64,000 bases of DNA from Camelus ferus (taxonomy: Eukaryota): positions 102,550,001 to 102,614,000 of the forward strand of contig NC_045696.1 of assembly GCF_009834535.1 (NCBI RefSeq). The letters are read 5' to 3'. Positions 60,501 to 64,000 of the stretch are shown one piece after another. The position numbers were made by a program, and so were the translations under genes. The notes beneath the pieces were generated by a model that did not search any database, was not told the DNA's origin, and was given only the letters and a program-made list of their open reading frames with translations. Positions within the stretch are counted from its first letter, which is position 1; each line of letters starts with the position of its first letter.

Positions 60501-61283
60501 ACTTTTTCCTGAAAATAAATAGTTGCTCAGAACACAAATTAAGTGTATTGAAATCATATTGCTCCTGTGAAAAAAGAAAAATATATTTCAGCCCAGCTTC
60601 CATTAACAAAAGACCATGTCACATCCACCTAGTCTTTTGATCTCTGGGTACGAGTATTATCCAAGGGAACCTTATCAAAGAAACTGGCTGGCAAACCTAC
60701 CAAATAGGAGTAGCTCAGGCCCTTACATTTTGATAGTCATCTTAGTCACTACAAAACTTTAGCTACTTAAACAATGGAGTTTGTAAAGTGCATTACTTAT
60801 ATAAGAAACACAACAGAAGTGCTAAACTTAGTAGGACTTTAAAGGACTTGGTGTTATCAATAGGGCAAAAAAACAACATTATAGTTTTCTGTGCAGATTT
60901 TATTTGAAATCTAATTCAAATTGTCAAAGCTACAAAAGGGGGGAAGACATCTGTATTATTTTTTGCTAAGTCACAACATCCTAAAACAAAATACTACTAC
61001 TGCCAGCAGATCCATTATACACATTTCTGATGAAATTCATTAGCACAATAAAAATTTCATCTTGAGAAACAGCCACAACAAAAGTAATTTATACAATATA
61101 AAACAACGACAGGTCTACAGATGCAGTTACTTATGAGTTTACACATGCATTCACAAACAAATAAAAACCCCAGGAATGCTCTTTCATTAGATTTTTCGTT
61201 TTTTGCTTTTTTTAAAAAACAGACCGTTCAGGCACAAAACAAAATCGCATTTCCAATAAGTGACAGCATCTTAAAAATTTATG
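57190..61283 (-). other. U2SURP: U2SURP long 3'UTR with proximal and distal poly(A) signals
   Basis: About 4 kb of AT-rich sequence with no recognisable repeat. AATAAA at 60899-60904 (GU/U-rich downstream), 60076-60081 and 57208-57213. Confidence 0.65.
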
Positions 61284-61445
<162 letters not shown>

Positions 61446-62547
61446 TTATCAAAGTATTCATGTGATCAAAACTGACTATCCTTAAATTATCTAAAACAAT
61501 CCCTAACAAAGCACAATGACATTGAAAAAAAAAAGTTGTAAATGCTCCAAATTTATACTTTTGTCTACTGTACACACACAGATTTTGTACTTCTTATGCA
61601 TGGTGCATAGGAAACATGCTTAGAAAGGCAGACTCCTGAGTCTTACCACTGCTCTACTGAATCAAAATCTCAAGAGGCAGGGACTAGGAATTTGCATTTT
61701 AACAAGCTGCCCAGATTATATAAGCTTCAAAGTGCAAAATGGCATCTAAGATCAACCACAAAATTTTAGGAACACAGCAGCTCTGCAGCCTATCTCCTTG
61801 AGGGAAAAAGCACCCACTACTGCAGTATTGTTCAAGGGAGTCATGACGACAGCATGGCTTTGCAAGTGCTGCTCATGAAAATTACCAGAACAAATAAATA
61901 CATTGTATGTATATATATATATATATAAAATATATATATATATGTGCAAGTACCATTTAGAAAGAGAGACTTATCTGTTTTATAGAGAGGTTACTAAAAA
62001 TGGTTATAATAAAAAAGTTTTAGGATAAAAAGCAGTTTTAGCTCTCAGGAAAATCCCTCTATATAACACCAGATAAATAAAACATTTCTGAACCACCTTT
62101 CTGGAACTCGGAGGAGAAAGGTACATGACACACTAAATTATACACTGAAGAAATGGTATGTCTGTCCACAAGTCTCTACCCAAGAACTTTCTACTACTGT
62201 TGGGTGGGAAAGGAAGATGCATTTTTCTTTCAGCCTTGACAAAAATCAAAGAATATTCTACAGAAACTAAAGAACAGAAAGAAAAGTAAAGCAGCTATCC
62301 CTATTCCACAGGAAACTGGATATGTTTACAATTCTTGGCTCATCTTTACTTGTTGGAAGCCTTCTTGTGCTTTAGTCATGAGGAGACTAGGGTGAGGAGG
62401 TGGGAAGGAAGAATCTAAAATGAAAGTATATCTCTTTGGTTTTCTGAAATCTTTTTAAAAATGGCTGCCAACCGAATTATTTTCAAAAGCTGGTGGAATG
62501 ACAAGGAAACTGGCAACTGAAATATTACAGAAAATGACTTGTGTTTA

Positions 62548-62769
<222 letters not shown>

Positions 62770-62999
62770 TCAGGTATTCATTTTCCTTTTACTAAATTAG
62801 CTTTTACTTCCTACCAGCTTACACTAACTTTATTTTCACTAACCTTATTAATGTTATTTTCCAACAACATTCAAAGCCCTTTATACCAAGAACAATTGTT
62901 AAGTCTTAAAGATAGGCTGATCTAAACAAAAACTGAATTCAACTAAATTGGACTTTCTTCTGCTCTAAGAGAGATTACTGGAACAATGGACAAAATTCC

Positions 63000-63275
63000 A
63001 TCAAGGCCTCTAATTAGATAACAGTGTTTTTTAAATGTTAATCTCCTGATCTTGAAACTTTTATTGCAGTTAAGTATGAAAATGGGGCATCATGTTGGCA
63101 AGTTACTCTTAAATGGCTGGGGAGGAGAGAGGAAAGAAGGGAAAGAAGAAAACAAAGCAAAAGGAGAAATATTTTAACATTTGGGAGGTGTGAGTGAAGG
63201 ATATCTGGGAATTCTTTATACTATTCTTGTAACTTTTCTGTAAATCTGAAATTATATCAAAATAATAATAAAAAA
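63000..63275 (+). mobile_element. L1MC-like 3' end in a U2SURP intron
   Basis: GGGAATTCTTTATACTATTCTTGTAACTTTTCTGTAAATCTGAAATTAT. Confidence 0.65.
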
Positions 63276-63927
63276 CAAAAAAGTAATAAATTTATTATTT
63301 AACCTATTAGTATAATTATGTTATTTGTAACTGTAACGTAAAATGACTATGCCAAAAATTTTTGATTTGCACTTGCTTGGTTTGTATTAGAAAAACCTCA
63401 CTTCTGTTAACTGAAGTAATTTTCTCTACTAATCAGAGTTTCAGGAACTATAAAACTGAGAGAAATAATTTTGATTAGGATAAAGACTTAAAGTGAGGAC
63501 CAAGTCCTTATGGTTTACGTACACCATCTCCCTTTAAGACAGGACTAGGAGACCAAGTTTACAGGTAGCAGCCTCAGCACAGAAGAAACGCTTGTATTGG
63601 AGGCTACAGGTAAGATCTAGCAAGTCGTTTAGTTATTTAAGCCTTAGGTTCGATACCTAATAGAGTAACTGAATTCTTGCACTGAACTAAGGCCAAGGTA
63701 CCATATGAACCATGTAAAGGGATAATGGCCCAGATAACTAAGCCAAGTGCCAACTTACTGCCCCATTTCTCAGCTAATTCTGCCTCCTGCAGGCAGAAGC
63801 CAAACATGTTTATCACAAAGAATACTTTTCCAAATTGTTACCAACAGTGCTGAAAATATTACAGAATGAAACATGATTCCAAATCCTGAAACCAGTTATA
63901 GGCATTAAGTGAGAAATATTATTATAC

Positions 63928-64000
63928 CTCTCTTTCCTTGTTGGAGTGCACTCATCTTTCTCCTTCTTATCTTTGGATCGAGATTCCAATTTTTCTTTAT
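63928..64000 (-). CDS. U2SURP: U2SURP (SR140) third-from-last coding exon, partial
   Basis: Reads DKEKLESRSKDKKEKDECTPTRKER; donor AG|GTATAA at 63927. Confidence 0.93.

Overview
Mammalian genomic DNA, most likely a camelid: tRNA-Ala-derived SINEs with a camelid-type tail, cetartiodactyl-type L1 3' ends, and no recognisable Bov-tA/BovB/PRE1/Alu. The window holds the U2SURP-CHST2 interval, with both genes on the minus strand. CHST2 (GlcNAc-6-O-sulfotransferase 1) is complete: a single coding exon at 11678-13270, a CpG island and a short 5'UTR intron. The last three coding exons and long 3'UTR of U2SURP (SR140) lie at the right end. The ~40 kb between the genes is mostly L1, L2, MIR, MLT/ERV LTR and hAT remnants. 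The main unexplained signals are: (1) a phase-consistent chain of 7-8 decayed minus-strand exons at ~53.5-57.5 kb, just downstream of and partly under the U2SURP 3'UTR, which looks like an unannotated unitary pseudogene; (2) a strong-Kozak 53-codon uORF whose TGA overlaps the CHST2 start (TGATG); (3) a 4x AAAGGTCA palindromic tandem array upstream of CHST2; (4) a young L1 stub inside the CHST2 3'UTR. Repeat family names come from recall of consensus sequences and their coordinates are approximate.
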